Below are positions 59,071 through 63,837 of a stretch of DNA of 63,837 nucleotides, one piece after another. This stretch comes from Antechinus flavipes (lineage: Eukaryota), in contig NC_067398.1 in assembly GCF_016432865.1 (NCBI RefSeq), positions 703,266,001 through 703,329,837 on the forward strand, given 5' to 3'. Within the stretch, counting starts at the first letter, position 1. Each line of letters begins with the position of its first letter. The position numbers and the translations under genes were made by a program. The notes under the pieces were generated by a model, which had not been told where the DNA came from, ran no database searches, and saw only the letters and a program-made list of their open reading frames with translations.

Positions 59071-61096
59071 CCTGGGACCATGATTTTTGATCCCTGCTGT
59101 TTCCCTCCCTATCACTGCTGCTGTTTCACTCTCCAAGGTGGACCTCCAGAGACCAGGCTTAGGAAACCCTAAACCACTCAGGCTGTAACCTTCCAGCCCT
59201 TGGGATCATGCTTTTCACCTTGGTCTTCTTACTAACTTCCCTTCTAATCCCAGCTCCGATAACATACACCTGATTTCTACTTCCTGTTCTGAGGACGCTA
59301 ATCGGATCAATACTACCACTGATTCTGGAAAGAGTCTCTCAGTAGGCTATTCTATTGTTCTGCTTTCCTGTTACTTTTTTTGGCTAAAACAAATTTCCCT
59401 GACCATCCTTTCTCTATTTCTGTTGTCTTTTCCATTTGAATCTAAGTTCTTTAAAGGGCTGCCTTTGCTGTTTATATTTGTATCCAAAGTGCTTAGAACA
59501 ATGCCTGAAAATCCCAATAAATTCTGGGTGGAAAATACACTATTTTTACCCTTATTTCTTCTTTTTTTTCTTTCTGTTGCTTTCCCTCTTTTGTTCTGAT
59601 CTTTCCCTCCCAATCTGATTCATTTGGAAATATATAAAAACTGAAGGTACATGTATAACCTAAAAATAAAATGTAAAAAAAAGTATCTGACATATAAGTG
59701 CTTAATGAATGCCCTTTATTCATTCATGCATACATGCATTCACTCATAGTTTTATCAGTCATGGCTCTAAAACATGATTTGTTTCCATCTCCCTAGGTTC
59801 AAATTTTAGATCTGTTTCTTACTGCATTGGGAAATGACTTAATATTCTTATCTACAAAATGGGCTGGTGGGGAACAAATAAGCGGCCTCTAAAGTTCCTT
59901 CTCTAAGCAGTTTTTGTTTTTCTTTGTGTCCCAGTTCTTAACATGGTGCCTGACACCTGAGTAGTGTCTGATTCATATTTGTTGACTCACTAATTCTATG
60001 ATCTTACTTCCTAACCAAAGGACCACCTCTTGGGACCTCAGTTTCCTCTGTAAAAGGGAGGGTGATTATCTTTGCATGTGCTAAGAAAAGTGCTTAAAGT
60101 GCTACAGAAATATGAATTTTCTCCTTCTCCTCCTCCTTTTCTTCTTCTTCCTCCTTATTACTATTATTTCCTTGACCTCTTGACCAGCAGAATTACATCC
60201 CCAGGAACTCTGAAGCCCTCACCCGGTCAAACTCTTCAGTTCCACATTAAGGATGCCTGGGGCATCTGGATGGCCCAATTGAGAGGAAATGACTCTGGCA
60301 CAAGGGGCCAAACATGCCCCAGTCATCTTCAGGACATGGTGTAGAGAAAGAAAACAAACACACAGGCTGCCCACAGCTCTCAACAAGAGCTAATTCAATA
60401 ATTGTTTCCTAACACAGGAAAAACTGCTTCTTTGCCTTGGATATTGTGGGAAGGAGGGGGCACTGCAGTTTCATAAAGTGCCCTCCCTCCGATTCATTTG
60501 CACTTGGCCTGATCTGATTAACCAAATAACCCACCAAGGCAGACTAGGGGCCCCGGGCATCAGTGGCTCTGGTTCAAAAACAAGTGGGAACAAAAGGTTC
60601 TATGGCTGCCTTCTGGACTCTGCAGATCCATCACCTGGAACAGGCTGTTAATGGGGTCAAGGTTGATTCCCTACAGCCAAATTAACCCGGCCAAAATCAT
60701 AATGCAGGAGATATGAAATATAGTCAATAGAAGAAGCCGGGGGTTTTCAGACACCTACTAGTTATATTCTAGGAAAGTCACTTAAGTTAACTGTGTCTCA
60801 GTTTCCACATCTGTAAAATAAAGAGTTTGCACTCAATGGCCTCAATAATCCCTTCTAGAGCAAACTATATGAGTCTTTAAGGAAATATACATCCATACAC
60901 ATATATTCATGCACACATACACACAAATATTCCTGTCTAAGAATCTCATAAAGAAAAACAAAACCATCAGTCGAGGTAACAGAATTATTACTAGGATTCT
61001 ACTCCCTAGGAAAATACACTCAGGGCAAGTATTTGGGTTGGGGAGTAGGAAAAGATTTAATACTGCAGAACATGAGACACTGTGGAGAAGAGACTT

Positions 61097-61284
61097 TAGA
61101 TTCTTAAACTTTTTCCACTCCCGACACCTCTTCTCCTGAGAAATTTTTATGTGTGGCTGGCTATACAGGTATATAAAATAGGTATATCAATCAAACATAT
61201 ACTGATAATAAATCATCATTTCATGACCTCCACATTCAGTTAGGAGACTCCATACGGGGTCATGAACCACAGTTTAAGAAGCTG
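61097..61284. mobile_element. Old hAT-type MITE with both TIRs (~188 bp)
   Basis: Left tagattcttaaact (61097-61110) vs right agtttaagaagctg (61271-61284, revcomp cagcttcttaaact); no clear TSD. Confidence 0.7.
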
Positions 61285-62529
61285 GAACCTAGAATACTAG
61301 CCTATGTTGGTAAGAGAAACTTTCTTATGGATAACAGTTCCCATGGACAGGAAACTAGGGAAGCTACTATCTGGAGAGGGGGACAGTGAAAGGAGAATCA
61401 GGAAGGGAGTTTTCACTTAGATTTTGGTCAACTGGTAGCTTCCTACTTTAACTAGATATTTCCCCCATCTAGCAGCTAAGAGACAAGTAGAATCAGCCTT
61501 GAAGAAAGAAGGATGGGAGCAAGTTCAATGCAAGTGCTACTTCATTTTCTTTAGATTGCTAGCACCTGACACAAAGTAGATATTGAATCGATGCTTCCTG
61601 AATTGCTTAATTAGGATCCCCTTTCAAATTTGAGCTCCTGTCATTCTGAGATCATTACAATTCCCTGTGTTTTATTATTATTTAATGGTATCGTGAATAG
61701 AAAGTCGGCCTTGAACAATAAAATCCCACCTCCACCACATTCTGGCTGGATGACTGAGAAGGGGCTACCCTGAATTGGTAGAAGGAAGAAATAGAAAGGA
61801 AAAGGCATTCATTAAGTGCCTACTGTGTGTCAGACACCGTGCTAAGCGCTTTACAAATATTGTCTCATTTGAAGAAGTGACCTCACTTGAAAGTTCTCTA
61901 TGTCAAAGAAACCACAAGTCCAATTCCTAACTATTGAGCTGTATGGTCACTGTGGAGTGAGCTCCCTCTAAATTCCAGTCTTCTGGAAAATATTCTCAAT
62001 TACTTTGTTTTATTTTTGGCTCAGTAAATAAGGGGCTTGGATGGATCCAGTCACCCCAAGAGTAATATGCAAAAAACAATTCAGCACAAATCCCCTACTA
62101 ATAGTGAGTCATAAAGACACAAAATTTGGACCTGGGAGGGAAGCAACAGATACTCTGGCAATGTCTTGAATTTTGCTAGTGGGAAAATTGAGGCCCCAGA
62201 GGGTTAAGCGATTGGGACAAGTTCACACAGACAGTATGTAGCAGAGATAGCTTTCCTTGTCAAACCAATAAGTTTCATTAGGGGAAGCAAAATGGTACAA
62301 TGAAAAGAGGATTTAATTGGGAGTCAGAAAGCCTGGGTTCAAATCCTTGCTATGTTACTTGCCACAATCTTGGTCAAATCATTCCATCTCTCCGGGCCTG
62401 TTTCCTGATCTGTAAAATCATAGAACTGAGCTAGATGACCTCTGGAGTCCCTTCTAGTTCTAGAGCCATGATCCTGTGATCAATAATCAGGTGGAAGAGA
62501 TAGTTGATTTCGAATATTTGGCTCCAGAA

Positions 62530-63390
62530 GACAGAACCAGGGACAATTGGTAAAAGCTGAGAAGAGGCTAAATTATTCTAGGTGTTGGGAAAAACTTCCT
62601 CCTAATTAGAGTTGTTCCAAAGGAAGAATGGGCTTCCTCTAGAGATAACTGATTCTTGAAACCTGAAGGTCTTTATCAGAAAAACATTTATCCTGTAGGG
62701 AGGGAGGTTCTGGTGGAGGATTCCTTTTAAGAGTGAATTAGACCGGGGACATTAAATTAAAGTCCTTTCTAACTCTAAAATGTTATAATTCTGTGATTTA
62801 GTGCTGAAAAGGATCCTCACTTTGCAAAGGGTGCAGGCCAAGAGATGGGAAATGACTTACCAATTGAAATACTGTGCTCAGATCTAGGTGATAAAGTTTA
62901 GAAAAGACACTAGTGAGTTGGAGATTGTTCAGGGGAGGGAAGAAATGTTTAGCTTAAAATGTAAGCTTTTTGAGGACAAGATATTTAATAAATGCTTGTT
63001 AGAAGGGAGGAAAGGGAGAAGAAAGAAGGGAGAAGAGAAAGCTAGAAGAAGAGACGGGAGAGGAGAAAACAGAATAAGACTAGTCAGCTTAGAAGCCTTA
63101 AGGGATATGAATGCTATCTTGAAATATTTGAAGCATTCTGTTCAGTTTCAGAGAGAAGGACCAAGATCAATGAATAGATATTCTAAAAAGCTAATTAATG
63201 TCTGATATAAGAATGAACTTCTTACAACGACAGCTGATCCAAAAGAAAGTGGGTTGCTTTAGGAGGTCCCATCTGAGGCCCTTCAGCAAAGGCTGGACAG
63301 CCATTCATCAGGCACTGCAAATGGCATTCTTGTTCAGGGCCAGGCTAGCTTTAGTGATCTCTGAGTCCCTTCCAACTCTGACTTTCTGTG
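62530..63390 (+). mobile_element. Two L3/CR1 3' fragments
   Basis: ggaaaaacttcctcctaattagagttgttccaaag...; tgatataagaatgaacttcttacaa...ttcagcaaaggctggacagccattc...gagtcccttccaactctg. Confidence 0.75.
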
Positions 63391-63837
63391 GTTCTTGAAT
63401 TCCAAATCCCCCCACGCCATCTATCTGGATGGTAAGTTTTAAAAGACAACGCTCTGTCAAAATAGTATCCATTCTTGTGTATTCAAGTGAAATGAGGCAT
63501 CTATGTATCATTAGATCATCCAGCTCATTTCCCATCTTTGAGGGTGTTCTTCACACCCACTGAATCTACAACTAGCTTCCTTGCCCACTGCTACAGATGC
63601 CTTCCTTTCTGTCTCATTGATTGAAACCACAGACATTAAAAGTATGAAGTATACGTGTGTTGTGGGGAGCAAAAAAGGAAAGATTCCTTCCTTGCCCTTG
63701 ACCTTCCTTACCCTAACCATAAGTACACAAATGTACTTCAAGTTTAACGCCCTAACCCGCTTGAATTTCTGGGAAAAGGATATAAATTAGTAAAGAAAGA
63801 AAGAGGAAAGAAAAGAAATAGGATAAGGAGAAATGAA

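Noticed and set aside
59190-59637. ~150-codon stop-free + frame (SDNIHLISTSCSEDANR...)
   Set aside because: Lacks an early start; its second half is an L2 tail and a pyrimidine tract that avoid stops by composition.

Overview
This is non-coding, AT-rich mammalian genomic DNA, almost certainly from a marsupial and probably a dasyurid (Tasmanian devil/dunnart/antechinus-like). That call is inferred from WSINE1-type and MAR1-type SINEs, marsupial L1 3' ends, RTE-related elements and an OC1-like hAT MITE, all recognised from memory rather than by database search. By eye, half or more of the window is transposon debris (MIR/MIR3, MAR1, WSINE1, L1, L2, L3/CR1, RTE, hAT MITEs) plus microsatellites and polypurine tracts, with two N gaps (130 and 134 nt). 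I cannot identify any host protein-coding gene, RNA gene or CRISPR array; most ORFs in the track are low-complexity or repeat-derived. Short repeat-free islands carry clustered TF motifs and a few splice-site-bounded open frames, as expected for a large intron or gene desert. I found no new multi-gene system. The best-supported unusual observations are: (1) a young 5'-truncated L1 carrying a 94-bp 3' transduction with its own ATTAAA, poly(A) and 15-18 bp TSD (18937-19583); (2) a ~235-bp unique segment copied 1.4 kb downstream into an old L2; (3) an OC1-like MITE of a family reported as horizontally transferred; (4) a CpG-rich patch overlapping a 180-codon ORF behind a strong splice acceptor; (5) two inverted WSINE1 copies nested in one TSD-bounded L1. 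Repeat boundaries without TSDs are approximate.
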